From Opitutaceae bacterium (GTDB lineage Bacteria > Verrucomicrobiota > Verrucomicrobiia > Opitutales > Coraliomargaritaceae): DNA of 64,000 nt. The position numbers were made by a program, and so were the translations under genes. The stretch spans positions 1 to 64,000 of the forward strand of contig JBPOFY010000009.1 of NCBI GenBank assembly GCA_051252375.1, written 5' to 3'. Positions 17,904 to 29,182 of the stretch are shown here, one piece after another. The first letter of the stretch is position 1, and each line of letters starts with the position of its first letter. The notes under the pieces were generated by a model, which searched no databases, was not told where the DNA came from, and saw only the letters and a program-made list of their open reading frames with translations.

Positions 17904-18647
17904 TTATTTTTTCTCTTCTTCGGCGTCTTCGTCCGGAGGTGAAGTGGTTTCTTCGTAGTTATCTTCTTCCTCTTCTTCCTCGTCCCACTTCATGGTTTCG
18001 TCGGCGACGATGTTTTCTTCGACGTCGGTGCCGGCATCGACATCAGCGAGGTCTTTTTCAAGAACTTCGTCTTCAGATTTAGGACCGGTGCTTTCTTCGT
18101 CTTCATCTAGCTCGAAACCTTCTGGGACGTATTCTAAGATAGCTGAGATCTCGTTAAAGAAGTGAGAGGCTCTGCCTTCCATGTAATCCGCATTTTGGGT
18201 TTCACGGATTTCTTCTTCAAGTTCTTCAACTGTCAGGCTCTTTGAAAAATCGATCAAGTCGTTGAGCAGTTTTATGCGCAGCTTCGTGATGTGGTCGATG
18301 AAGTCGGCGTAGGGACCTTTTTCTTCATCCAGCACATCGGGCAATGCAAAGATTTGTTCGTCGCTGTCGAGGATGCTGTCCTTGATTCGTTTCAACAGGA
18401 CGGTTTTGTCCGCCTCAACTTCGTCGATGCCGAAGGAATAGAACGCTTCTTCCACGATATCTGTTTGCAGTCCGTAGTCGCTGAGCGGTTCGATTAAATC
18501 GAGGATATGTTGGAACTGGCGTGGGTCGATGACTCCGAGACCATCGACATCCCAATGGACGGGATCGCTGATTTCTTTGATCCACCAGTTCATGTCCTCG
18601 CCGAGGCGGGCTTTACACCATGTTAGTTTAGAAGTTGGATTGGGCAT
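17904..18647 (-). CDS. Hypothetical highly acidic cytoplasmic protein
   Basis: 247-aa ORF with a D/E-rich tail and its own terminator. Confidence 0.75.
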   Translation of the reverse strand: MPNPTSKLTWCKARLGEDMNWWIKEISDPVHWDVDGLGVIDPRQFQHILDLIEPLSDYGLQTDIVEEAFYSFGIDEVEADKTVLLKRIKDSILDSDEQIFALPDVLDEEKGPYADFIDHITKLRIKLLNDLIDFSKSLTVEELEEEIRETQNADYMEGRASHFFNEISAILEYVPEGFELDEDEESTGPKSEDEVLEKDLADVDAGTDVEENIVADETMKWDEEEEEEDNYEETTSPPDEDAEEEKK

Positions 18648-18846
18648 GCGTAGGCTTCGATTTTCGATACTTAGGGACTTAATTTAAATGCAATATATGC
18701 ATTTGGATACATTGGGTAAAAGCTCCATAATCGTTATTGTAAAGTGCTTTGTCAGAAAAAAATGAGTTCTGCATTTTTCATTGTTTTAGAGTTCATGGCT
18801 GTTAGGTTTGTCTTTTCCCGATTTTAGGGACTTAAAGACATTATTT

Positions 18847-19911
18847 ATGGGATTTATTTACGAAAACCTCGTCCGCCCGATTTTATTTCGGATGGAACCA
18901 GAGCAAGCACATGACCGTGGTCGCACCGCCTTGATGGCGTTGAGTAAAATGCCGACTTTGTGTGCCATGGTGCGCCGTTTTAATCAGATTAAGGAAGATA
19001 AGCCCGTCGAGCTATTTGGCTTAGAGTTTCCGAACCGAGTGGGTCTTGCTGCTGGGATGGATAAAGATGGTGAGTTTCCTCGTGCAATTGAGGCATTGGG
19101 CTTCGGGCATGCTGAAGTGGGCACAGTGACACCACAGGGGCAACCCGGGAACCCGCGTCCTCGGTTGTTTCGTCTACCTGAGAACGGGGCCTTGGTGAAT
19201 CGCATGGGATTTAACAATAAGGGAGCCGAAGGCATGCTGAACGCGCTTTCGAAGAATTTCCCGAAAGGGAAGCGTGGCATGCCAGTCGGTGTGAATATTG
19301 GCAAAGCGAAGACCACCCCTTTAGATCAAGCCGTGGAAGATTACGTTGCGTCCTTCCGCATTCTCGCCGATCAAGCGGATTACTTTACGATCAACATCAG
19401 TAGTCCGAACACACCAGGCCTGCGCGAGTTGCAGTCTGCAGCCTATTTGCGCGAACTCCTTAGCACGATCCGCAGTGAGAATCTGAGCTATGCTAAGAAA
19501 TTGGGGCACAAGCCGCATCCATTACTTTTAAAAATCGCGCCAGATCTGACTTACAAAGAGATCGATGAAATCGTGGGTGTGCTCATGGATCTCGAATATG
19601 ATGGTATCATTGCGACCAACACAACGATCGCTCGTCCTGCAGGTTATAATACCACTGAAACCGGTGGGCTCAGTGGTGGTGAGTATATTCGTAAGCGCTC
19701 AAATGACGTGATTAAATACATCCATCACTCGACTGAGGGTAAATTGCCGATTATCGGCGTGGGCGGTATTGATTCCGCGGAGTCGGCTGGTGAGAAAATC
19801 GACGCAGGTGCCTCTCTAGTGCAGCTTTACACTGGCTGGGTTTACCGTGGTCCTTTCTTCGCACGCGAGCTTGCCAAGGCGCTAAGAGCTCAAGGAGAAG
19901 ACTGGGTTTAA
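18847..19911 (+). CDS. pyrD: Quinone-dependent dihydroorotate dehydrogenase (class 2)
   Basis: GLAAGMDK, NRMGFNN, INISSPNTPGLRELQ, KIAPDL, GGLSG. Confidence 0.97.
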   Translation: MGFIYENLVRPILFRMEPEQAHDRGRTALMALSKMPTLCAMVRRFNQIKEDKPVELFGLEFPNRVGLAAGMDKDGEFPRAIEALGFGHAEVGTVTPQGQPGNPRPRLFRLPENGALVNRMGFNNKGAEGMLNALSKNFPKGKRGMPVGVNIGKAKTTPLDQAVEDYVASFRILADQADYFTINISSPNTPGLRELQSAAYLRELLSTIRSENLSYAKKLGHKPHPLLLKIAPDLTYKEIDEIVGVLMDLEYDGIIATNTTIARPAGYNTTETGGLSGGEYIRKRSNDVIKYIHHSTEGKLPIIGVGGIDSAESAGEKIDAGASLVQLYTGWVYRGPFFARELAKALRAQGEDWV

Positions 19912-19923
19912 GCTTTCGGCGGG

Positions 19924-20019
19924 GGTAGTGGTGGTCGTCTCGACCGCCATTGCATGTGTTTCGCTCCTAGTCGGGTTGAACGGCTCAAAGGTGTGGCGAT
20001 GGAGACCATCGCCGCAACC
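19924..20019. repeat. REP doublet (REPIN), family B
   Basis: ggtag-tggtggtcg-tct-cgaccgcca and an inverted copy ggttg-cggcgatgg-tct-ccatcgcca; differences in the stem are compensatory. Confidence 0.65.
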
Positions 20020-20079
20020 TTAAGAGGCTAAACCTCAAGAAATACATTCAAACGAACCAAACTATTTGCTGACGCCAAA

Positions 20080-20153
20080 GGTAGGGACGCCTGCCCTCAG
20101 GCGTCCGAGGCTGAAGGAAATATCGCGGACGCCTAGGGGCAGGCGTCCCTACC
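20080..20153. repeat. REP doublet (REPIN), family A copy 1
   Basis: Inverted pair of GGTAGGGACGCCTGCCC(T/C)nAGGCGTCC; also at 32197 and 57446. Confidence 0.9.
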
Positions 20154-20205
20154 AAATACGCTCATCCTATGGTCGGTTGCACCAGAAGCTTGGCGGGAAA
20201 TACCT

Positions 20206-21115
<910 letters not shown>

Positions 21116-21123
<8 letters not shown>

Positions 21124-21793
21124 TAGTGCGGGGAGTGTTTTCAAAAACCTTTTGAAATTCAACTGCTAAAGCAGATTTTACTGTATCCAGATCGATTGAT
21201 TGACCGAGTTCGAGTTCCATTGATGTGACTGTGCCGTCGGTAATGCCACAAGGCACGATGCCATTAAAATGCTGCATGTTGGGACTGACGTTGAGTGCAA
21301 ACCCGTGGTAGGTGACCCAACTACGAACGGCCACGCCGATGGCGCAGATTTTACGTTCACCAAGCCAAATGCCAGTTTTTCCTTCGCGGCGATCGGTCTC
21401 AAGCCCGAACTGTGCGAGTGCATTTATTACAACAGCTTCTAGATCCCTTAAGTAGGCGTGCAGGTCGCGGCGCGCTTGGAGGGAAATGATGGGGTAGCCG
21501 ACGATTTGCCCCGGACCGTGGTAGGTGATGTCGCCTCCGCGGTTGCTGCGGTGCACGCTAATGCCTTGCTCGGCACACGCCGCCTCGCTCCAGATGAGAT
21601 GCTGCTCCGCACCTTTACGCAGTCCTAATGTGTAGACTGGCTTATGCTCGGTGAAGACCAGAGCGTCGCTGCTCGTGTCAGCTCGTCGCTGGTCGACCAT
21701 TGCTTTCTGGCGTTCAAAGGCGTCCGCATAGTCCGTCTCGCCCCAGTCAATGATTTGAAGGGGGCGGCGGGGGCTGTTCATTGGTGTATCCAC
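21116..21793 (-). CDS. lipB: Octanoyltransferase
   Basis: EHKPVYTLG, RGGDITYHGPGQ, KICAIG, HGFALN, IVPCG. Confidence 0.97.
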
Positions 21794-21828
21794 GATCTAG
21801 ACCTACTTGTGCTCGTGGTCGGTGAAGT

Positions 21829-23679
21829 TTATTCAACAGTCACTGACTTCGCGAGATTGCGTGGCTTATCGACGTCGCAGCCACGTTCTAGCGCCACATA
21901 GTAGCTGAGTAGTTGCACCGGTATGCTCATCAAAATCGGTTTCACGATTTCGTGGCATTCTGGAACAAGAATTGTGTCGTCAACCAAGCCCTCTGGGATG
22001 TCGCAATCTTCTGTGGCAATACAGATGACTTTACCTTTACGCGCTTTGACTTCTTGCACGTTGGCGAGGCTCTTGTGGAAAATCTCACCGGAGGTGGCGA
22101 GGAATACACTCGGGCAGTCTTCACAGATCAAAGCGATTGGTCCGTGCTTCATTTCTGCCGCAGGGTAACCTTCCGCGTGAATATAAGAAATTTCTTTCAG
22201 CTTGAGCGCGCCTTCAAGTGCGATCGGGAACATCAACTGTCGTCCGAGGAAGAGGCAGTCTTCGTATTTCGCATATTTCTTTGCGATGGCAGCGATATGG
22301 TCGGTTTGCTTGAGGACTTCGCGCACTTGGTCGGGGAGTTCCTTCAACGCTTTCACGATATCGACACCATCTCCATAGCTTAGATCACGCAGTCGGCCTA
22401 AGTAGAGCGCGACCATCGCACAGATCATAATCTGCGATGTAAATGCTTTGGTCGATGCGACACCGATCTCGGGACCAGCATGCTGGTAGATACCGCCGTC
22501 ACATTCACGGGCGATGGTGGAGCCGACGCTGTTGTTAATTGAAAGTGTGCGGTAGCCCTTGCGGCGTGCTTCGCGTAGCGCGCCCAGTGTATCGATCGTT
22601 TCACCGGACTGACTGATGGCGAAAACCAGAGTGTTCTTGTCGAGTGGGGCGTTGCGGTAGCGAAACTCTGAAGCGTATTCGACTTCTACCGGTATGCGGG
22701 CAAAGCGTTCGATGAGGTATTCGGCCACTAAGCAAGCATGCCAAGCGGTGCCGCAAGCGATGAAGAGGATGCGGTCGATTTGGCGAAGCTCTTGCGGGTT
22801 GAGATTCAATCCACCGAAAACGGCCGTGCTGCCATCATCCGAAAAGCGACCACGCATGCCATTCTCCAGGGAAGTTGGCTGCTCAAAGATCTCCTTCTGC
22901 ATGAAGTGATCATAGTCGCCGAGCTCGGCTTCGGACGTATCCCAGTCAACTAGGTGGATCACTGCTTCGACGTTTTTACTACTTACCGTTGTGATGGAAA
23001 AGTCATCGTTCTTCAAATGCACTACTTCGTTGTCGTTTAGATAGACAACGTTTTGCGTGCAGTGAGTAATCGCGTTCACATCGGAGGCTAGCAGGTTCTC
23101 ACCTTTACCGATACCGATGATCAATGGAGATCCTTTACGAGCCCCGATCAGTTCATCCGGATAGTCATCACAAAGAACTGCGATACCATAAGTCCCTTCG
23201 ACGTGGCGTAGGCTTTTGCGGACGGCTTCCAAGAAGCGGTTCTTACCATCGACCTGTTCTTCTTTTTTGTAGTGATATGCTATCAGGTTGCAGAGCGCCT
23301 CGGAGTCGGTCTCCGATTGAAAGCTATAGCCTTTTTCGATGAGAAACTTCTTCATGGCGACGTAGTTCTCAATCACACCATTGTGCACGAGTGAGATTTT
23401 ACCGTCGCTGGATTGGTGGGGGTGGGCGTTGGCTTCGGTTACATCGCCGTGAGTCGCCCAACGTGTGTGGCTGATGCCGAGACTGCCGCCGAGTTGAAGC
23501 TCATCGAGCGCATCTTCCAACTCCTTAACTCGACCAGTGCGCTTGATTAACTCAAAGCCTTTAGCTGTCGATACAACCATACCAGATGAGTCGTAGCCTC
23601 GATACTCGAGACGTTTCAAACCATCTAACATTACACTTCCCGCACGATCACGGCCGATATATCCAACAATTCCACACAT
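21829..23679 (-). CDS. glmS: Glutamine--fructose-6-phosphate transaminase
   Basis: MCGIVG N-terminus, HTRWATHG, C-terminal PRNLAKSVTVE. Confidence 0.98.
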   Translation of the reverse strand: MCGIVGYIGRDRAGSVMLDGLKRLEYRGYDSSGMVVSTAKGFELIKRTGRVKELEDALDELQLGGSLGISHTRWATHGDVTEANAHPHQSSDGKISLVHNGVIENYVAMKKFLIEKGYSFQSETDSEALCNLIAYHYKKEEQVDGKNRFLEAVRKSLRHVEGTYGIAVLCDDYPDELIGARKGSPLIIGIGKGENLLASDVNAITHCTQNVVYLNDNEVVHLKNDDFSITTVSSKNVEAVIHLVDWDTSEAELGDYDHFMQKEIFEQPTSLENGMRGRFSDDGSTAVFGGLNLNPQELRQIDRILFIACGTAWHACLVAEYLIERFARIPVEVEYASEFRYRNAPLDKNTLVFAISQSGETIDTLGALREARRKGYRTLSINNSVGSTIARECDGGIYQHAGPEIGVASTKAFTSQIMICAMVALYLGRLRDLSYGDGVDIVKALKELPDQVREVLKQTDHIAAIAKKYAKYEDCLFLGRQLMFPIALEGALKLKEISYIHAEGYPAAEMKHGPIALICEDCPSVFLATSGEIFHKSLANVQEVKARKGKVICIATEDCDIPEGLVDDTILVPECHEIVKPILMSIPVQLLSYYVALERGCDVDKPRNLAKSVTVE

Positions 23680-23750
23680 AAAGCTTCATTTCATCGCAGA
23701 GACCGTCTACTAATCAAGACAATTACATTAACCCCAACATCGATTACCAC

Positions 23751-25046
23751 ATGAAAAAACGAAAAATTATCTGCATTATTATGGGGGGCGGACGTGGCTC
23801 CCGCCTTAGCCCATTGACTCAGGAGCGCTGTAAACCTGCAGTTCCTTTGGCCGGTAAATATCGTTTGGTCGATATACCCATCAGCAATTGTTTGAATGCG
23901 GGCTACAATCAGATTTTCGTTTTAAGCCAGTTCAATACGGCCTCATTGCACCGCCACATTCAGGATTCTTACAAGTTTGACCCATTCAATGGTGGATTCG
24001 TCGATATTCTGTCTGCGGAGCAAACGGATAGCAGCAGTGACTGGTATCAAGGCACTGCCGATGCAGTCCGGCAGAACATGCATCACTTTCACGGCACTGG
24101 TGAAGACGATTTGTATGTCATTCTTTCAGGCGACCAATTGTATCGGATGGACTTGGAAGATGTTGTGCACGAACACGATACTTCAGGCGCGGAAGTCACC
24201 ATTACCGCTAAGCCGCTTGGCTTGGACGAGGCTGAAGGCTTGGGACTCATGCGAATCGATGATAATCTCGAAATCACAGAGTTCGTTGAAAAACCAAAGG
24301 ACCCTGCCATCATTCAAGGCTTGGCTGTTGGTGAGAGTGTTCGGAAGAAAATGAAAGATCCCGGTACGAAGGATTACTGCCTCGCATCGATGGGTATTTA
24401 CGTCTTCAACGCCAAGACTCTGATTGAAGCGTTGGATTCCGACACCACTGACTTTGGTAAAGAAATTATCCCAGGATTATTAGGGAAAGCCAAAATGTGC
24501 AGCTATGTATTCGATGACTATTGGGAAGACATCGGAACGGTGAAGGCATTTTTCGATGCAAATATCCGACTCACCGACCCAGTGCCGCCTTTCAACTTCT
24601 TCGATGAAGAAGCCCGCATCTACACACACGCGCGGTTCTTGCCAGCATCTAAGCTCAATTCTTGCGTGGTAGAACGTGCGATTATGGCAGATGGCTGTAT
24701 CGTTACAGACGCGACGATCAAACGCTCCACACTCGGAGTTCGTTCTGTCGTCAATGATGGTTCCTTGCTCGATAGTGTCGTGATGATGGGCGCCGACATG
24801 TTCGAAACCCAGCGTGACTTTGATGATAATAAAGTAAAAGGACGCCCGAATATCGGCGTTGGTAAAAACAGTATTATTAAAGGTGCGATTTTGGACAAGA
24901 ACGTCCGTATCGGTGATAATGTGGTGCTCGATCCTACCGGACTGCCAGATAACTTTGCCCCAGGAGTTGAAGTCGTGATTAGGGACGGCGTGCTCGTGGT
25001 GACAAAAGACGCAATCGTGCCAGACGGGTTCGTCTTAAAGGCATAG
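23751..25046 (+). CDS. glgC: Glucose-1-phosphate adenylyltransferase
   Basis: GGGRGSRLSPLT, KPAVPLAGKYRLVDIP, WYQGTADAV, FVEKP, YWEDIGT. Confidence 0.97.
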   Translation: MKKRKIICIIMGGGRGSRLSPLTQERCKPAVPLAGKYRLVDIPISNCLNAGYNQIFVLSQFNTASLHRHIQDSYKFDPFNGGFVDILSAEQTDSSSDWYQGTADAVRQNMHHFHGTGEDDLYVILSGDQLYRMDLEDVVHEHDTSGAEVTITAKPLGLDEAEGLGLMRIDDNLEITEFVEKPKDPAIIQGLAVGESVRKKMKDPGTKDYCLASMGIYVFNAKTLIEALDSDTTDFGKEIIPGLLGKAKMCSYVFDDYWEDIGTVKAFFDANIRLTDPVPPFNFFDEEARIYTHARFLPASKLNSCVVERAIMADGCIVTDATIKRSTLGVRSVVNDGSLLDSVVMMGADMFETQRDFDDNKVKGRPNIGVGKNSIIKGAILDKNVRIGDNVVLDPTGLPDNFAPGVEVVIRDGVLVVTKDAIVPDGFVLKA

Positions 25047-25075
25047 TTCTAGCCTATATTTGTTCAGCTTTTGAC

Positions 25076-25106
25076 AAGCCGCGATTCCATTGGAGTCGCG
25101 GTTTTT
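25076..25106 (+). terminator. Terminator after glgC
   Basis: aagccgcgattcca t tggagtcgcggttttt. Confidence 0.75.
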
Positions 25107-25192
25107 CTGTTGCTAGGGCTAGCGTAATTAAGCATAATTCAACTTAGAAGTAGAGCATCAGTTCTTCGTTTATCCCCAACCCCAAAAACGTC

Positions 25193-26038
25193 ATGAAAAA
25201 ACTACTAATCTGCACCGATGGTTCTGACTATTCAGAAGAAGCCTGCCGATACACTGCATGGCTCGCGAAGAGTAACGCCGCTGAAATTCACGCACTCTAT
25301 GTTACCGACATTCGTCAATTTCAAGGATCAGTGATTGCTGACCTTAGTGGCAGTTTAGGCATACAGCCGTATGACGGCATGGTCGCGCAGCTGCAGGAGA
25401 TTGAGGAGCAAAAAGCAAAGTTTGTTAAAGAACTCACATTGAAAGTTTTTGAAGAAGAGCAAGTGGCGGATCGAGTGACTTACCACCACGAGACAGGTAT
25501 GCTAGTTGATGTGATCGATGACTTTTCAGACGATGTCGATTTAGTCGTATTGGGAAAGCGCGGTGAAAATGCCAATTTTGCCACGGAACATTTAGGCTCC
25601 ATGCTGGAGCGGGTGCTGCGATCGACCGATAAGCCCTGCCTCGTGACCTCACGTAGCTTCAAGCCCATCAATCGAATCGCAATCGCGTATGACGGCGGCG
25701 CAAGTAGTCAGAAAGCGCTGAGCTTCTTAGCTGCGAAGGAAGTGTTTAGCTCCGCCGAGTTACATGTTGTCACCGCTGATGAAGGACACCACGAAGATGA
25801 GAGTGCTGCACGTTTGGCAGAGGCCGAAGCGACATTGAAGGCTGCGGGCTTAAAAGCCACGTATCAATTGTTGAACGGCGAAGTCGAAAGTGCGATCGCA
25901 GACTATGTCGAAAGCGCTGGAGTTGATTTATTAGTTGCCGGCGCTTATGGTCACGGCCGTATCCGCGAGTTATTGATCGGCAGCACCACGACTGAGTTGC
26001 TCCGTCGCTGCCACGTGCCGGTGCTTTGCTTTAGATAA
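25193..26038 (+). CDS. Universal stress protein (tandem USP domains)
   Basis: TDGS...DLVVLGKRG...LGS and AYDG...GAYGHGRIRELLIGSTT. Confidence 0.92.
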   Translation: MKKLLICTDGSDYSEEACRYTAWLAKSNAAEIHALYVTDIRQFQGSVIADLSGSLGIQPYDGMVAQLQEIEEQKAKFVKELTLKVFEEEQVADRVTYHHETGMLVDVIDDFSDDVDLVVLGKRGENANFATEHLGSMLERVLRSTDKPCLVTSRSFKPINRIAIAYDGGASSQKALSFLAAKEVFSSAELHVVTADEGHHEDESAARLAEAEATLKAAGLKATYQLLNGEVESAIADYVESAGVDLLVAGAYGHGRIRELLIGSTTTELLRRCHVPVLCFR

Positions 26039-26486
26039 CGCGTAGCGTGCCGCTCGTTAATATCCGTGCTCTCAGTCCACCGTGACCTTTGAGGGCTTCG
26101 TGGACGCCGGGGCTGACGGATTCATCCATCCAATAGCAGGGGCGGCATTCTTCGGCGCCTTCAAAATCGATGCCTTGAAGAGTGAACTTCTGTCCGATCA
26201 AGGTGTTGAGGTCGATGCCTTCAGTGAGAACGTTGCGGCGGAATTCGGTCGCGTTCAGATCAGGGCAGTTGAAGTCGTCTTTAATCCGTTGGTAAACCGC
26301 CCAATCAAAAAAGGTAATTTGTCCTTTATAGTCCTCTTGGTGGTCGAAGTAGCGGTCGCCGACTAGTCCACGACCAGCGACGCACTCGACCGTATCGACT
26401 TTCTCAATGCCGTGATTGAGGCGACCTTTGCCGTGTCGTCCGACAAAGTCGTGGCCTGTGGAAATGTAGAGGGCTTTGATGTTCAT
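26031..26486 (-). CDS. MOSC domain protein
   Basis: GLVGDRY, FRRNVLTEG, CRPCYWM, GGLRARILTSG. Confidence 0.9.
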   Translation of the reverse strand: MNIKALYISTGHDFVGRHGKGRLNHGIEKVDTVECVAGRGLVGDRYFDHQEDYKGQITFFDWAVYQRIKDDFNCPDLNATEFRRNVLTEGIDLNTLIGQKFTLQGIDFEGAEECRPCYWMDESVSPGVHEALKGHGGLRARILTSGTLRVI

Positions 26487-26491
26487 TTAGT

Positions 26492-26579
26492 GGGAAGTTG
26501 GGAGGTGTAGAAGTGGGGAGGTTGGGAAGTGGAGAAGTTGGGAGGTTGGGAAGTGGAGAAGTTGGGAGGTTGGGAAGTG
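26492..26579 (+). repeat. Tandem array of 11 purine-rich octamers (GRGARGTK) with 24-bp superperiod
   Basis: (gggaggtt gggaagtg gagaagtt)n; complementary arm acttcccactctccacttcccactcc at 26665-26690. Confidence 0.85.
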
Positions 26580-26690
26580 TGGAGTAAGGAGTGGGGATGA
26601 GCTGGAGGCTGGTGGAGCAGTTTAGAGTAGGATTAAGGCTTAGAGTGTATATCCGGAACTACCTACTTCCCACTCTCCACTTCCCACTCC

Positions 26691-27149
26691 TTAATGATGA
26701 TGGTGTTCTAAATTCTTGGGGTCGGTGCAACCGCAGTGGTTGCTTTCGATCCAAGCTTCGGTGCCGTCGACGTAAACTTCTTTCTTCCAGATAGGGAGGC
26801 GGTGTTTGACGTTGTCGATGATGTAGCGGCAGGCGAGAAAAGTATCGCCGCGGTGGTGTGCAGTCACACCAACCCAGACTGCGATATCGCCGGTCGTGAG
26901 TGGTCCGATGCGATGCACGACGGCGGCGTCGATGAGGTGAAACTTGTCTTTGGCTTCATCGAGAATCGCTGTGGCGATTTCGGGCGCGAGTTGTGGGTAG
27001 CCGCTGTAGTGCAGGGCGGTGACGACTTTTCCCTCGTTGTGATCACGCACCCAACCTTCGTAGCTGCAGTAGGCGCCGGCTGTGAGGTCTAGCATCTCGT
27101 TGCGGAAGGCAGTCGGGTCGATTGTTTCTTTGGTGAGTTGGAATTGCAT
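26691..27149 (-). CDS. moaE: Molybdopterin synthase catalytic subunit
   Basis: GWVRDHN, HRIGPL, AHHRGDTF, KHRLPIWKKE. Confidence 0.92.
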   Translation of the reverse strand: MQFQLTKETIDPTAFRNEMLDLTAGAYCSYEGWVRDHNEGKVVTALHYSGYPQLAPEIATAILDEAKDKFHLIDAAVVHRIGPLTTGDIAVWVGVTAHHRGDTFLACRYIIDNVKHRLPIWKKEVYVDGTEAWIESNHCGCTDPKNLEHHHH

Positions 27150-27154
27150 GTGCG

Positions 27155-29155
27155 CTAAGGTATCCAAACTTTGATTTTGAAAAATTGTTGATTCTCAACG
27201 ACGGGAGGAAAGCTGTATTCGACTGTGTTGCCATCGCCGTTGATTGATTCGTAGCCGGTGACGGCGGGCCAGTCGATCAGGTTGATTGATTGGTGTAGAG
27301 AGTAGCGGCGGTCAGGTTGGGTTTGAAAAGCGAGATCGCCGCCTGTTGGCGTCGGTTCCATGAGGGTGAATTCTAGGGTGGAGCCTGCGTCGGTGGGGTT
27401 GGTGTTGGCAAGGTATTCGAATCGCGTATCGTGACCGTCCCCATCTGTATCAATGGTATCCACATCGGTGGTGGTGCCGAGCGCATAGCTGGCAAGCCAC
27501 CAGTGTGGGGTGCCGGAAGGGGTGCTGCCAGTATTGTGCACTGTCCAAGAGAAAGCGTCGCTCGGTGCGCCGCTCCGCATCATGGTAGAGGCGTAGTTGA
27601 TGGTGACGGAAACCGTCTGCGTGGGTTCGGGGAGTTGAGCGGTGGTCAGTGTGATTTCGGCGGTGTCTAGGCTTGCGACTGGTGTGCCGCCGATGCTCCA
27701 AATATATTCGATGTCGTCGATCGGTAAGGCATCTATGCTGAGAATAGTGGAGTCGCTGACGCTGATGGTTGTTCCGTTGTTTGGGGTGACATCGTCGATC
27801 AGGTCGATGCGATTAAACATGGTTTTTAAGTGTTGTTCTCGGCAGACGGGACAAAAGTCCGAGCTCAAGGATCGCATCGCACAGCTACGCCATGGTCGGT
27901 AGATGCCATATGTATTATATTTCGCACCTTCAAATGCTCCGACGGTTGATGCGTAAGCCGCTGTATCGGGAGTGGGTAAAAGTGTGGTTTCGTCGACCCA
28001 CAGGTTCCATTTCGGAGTCAAGTAAAGGGTGTCTACGTTGACCTGCGTCGGGCGTGATCCAGTGTAAGTAGTGGCGGGGCTGTAAAAGTATTCATCAGCT
28101 AAGTTCGCAAATGAGTGACCGACTTCATGGACGGAAACTCTTGGACCGCTGGAGTTAATTGAATTGGTGGCCAATGAGCCGCCACCGCCGCCGTAGATCG
28201 TTGAGTTGACGACTATGATGACTTGGTCCCAGACGCCTACACCCACGTAGGTGTTCGCTGCTGAAAAAGCACGTGAGCTACCAGTGTTATCTGGATAGAG
28301 TAATCGTTGTGTTACACCGTCGTGGTAGAATTTAGTATTGAAGTAGGTGTCTTTTAAGGTGCCGGTCTCAGGTGCGCCATCTTCGTAGTCGGCACCGCTT
28401 TCATTACTGGCGACATTGATTTGGTAGACGTTGGTGACTTTAATCATTTCATCCCATGGGCGATAAGTGGCGAATCTCGCTAGTGTGGCTTGAACATCGG
28501 CGTCATAGGATCCGTCGGTGATTTCAGATTCTTGATAGCCGTCGCCTACGATGACCAGAACGAGTCGGTTGCTGTCCGCCCCAGTGTCTTGAATCTTGGT
28601 GACACTGATTGGTCCAGGCGGCGGGGCGACTAGGTCGGCTTCCACTTGAGGTAGTAGTGTGAGGCTTTGCGGGGATTGTAAATACGGTGCGCTCGGGGTT
28701 TCGCTTTCGCTTGCCTGTAGCTCGTAAGCCTCGATGAGGTCGGCTTGTTGTTCCACGACGATGTGGTTGGGGGTTTGGTCTGCATCTGGACCGTCAATGC
28801 GTAGGATGATGTGTTGCTCAGCTAGGAAGACGCCAGCGGCGTCGGACGCTTCGCCGATGGGCACGCGTATGCCTAGTGGAAGTTCGCCTTCTGCCGAGGT
28901 GAGTAACGTATCGTTTGCATCGAACCATTGAATACGAATGGGGATCGAGGCGAGGGCGCCTTTGGTTTGCTGGGAAGCTTTGCGCTTTGCCGTTGAGGGG
29001 ATAGGGTCGGCGGTCAGTAGCTCTAGTGAGCCATCGTCATGATAGAGGATCGAGAGTTGCCATTGCGTGTGATCGCTGGCGTGTAAGCTGCCGACAATGA
29101 AGTTCCCTATAAGTATGACTAGGCAGGCTAGTCGATGCGATGGCTTCGGCTTCAT
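27155..29155 (-). CDS. Secreted M64-family (IgA peptidase-like) zinc metallopeptidase with C-terminal domain
   Basis: LVIVGDGY, YGGGG, HEVGHSFANLADEY, FEGA, YRP..C.MR....FCPVC. Confidence 0.85.
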   Translation of the reverse strand: MKPKPSHRLACLVILIGNFIVGSLHASDHTQWQLSILYHDDGSLELLTADPIPSTAKRKASQQTKGALASIPIRIQWFDANDTLLTSAEGELPLGIRVPIGEASDAAGVFLAEQHIILRIDGPDADQTPNHIVVEQQADLIEAYELQASESETPSAPYLQSPQSLTLLPQVEADLVAPPPGPISVTKIQDTGADSNRLVLVIVGDGYQESEITDGSYDADVQATLARFATYRPWDEMIKVTNVYQINVASNESGADYEDGAPETGTLKDTYFNTKFYHDGVTQRLLYPDNTGSSRAFSAANTYVGVGVWDQVIIVVNSTIYGGGGGSLATNSINSSGPRVSVHEVGHSFANLADEYFYSPATTYTGSRPTQVNVDTLYLTPKWNLWVDETTLLPTPDTAAYASTVGAFEGAKYNTYGIYRPWRSCAMRSLSSDFCPVCREQHLKTMFNRIDLIDDVTPNNGTTISVSDSTILSIDALPIDDIEYIWSIGGTPVASLDTAEITLTTAQLPEPTQTVSVTINYASTMMRSGAPSDAFSWTVHNTGSTPSGTPHWWLASYALGTTTDVDTIDTDGDGHDTRFEYLANTNPTDAGSTLEFTLMEPTPTGGDLAFQTQPDRRYSLHQSINLIDWPAVTGYESINGDGNTVEYSFPPVVENQQFFKIKVWIP

Positions 29156-29182
29156 TCTTGAAGTTATTCTTCGCTGCTCGTC

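Noticed and set aside
23680..23750. glmS ribozyme
   Set aside because: Only ~70 bp shared with the divergent glgC; too short and no motif.
26691..26712. Cloning-vector His-tag contamination
   Set aside because: Only four His, no XhoI site or vector context, and seamless genomic flanks.
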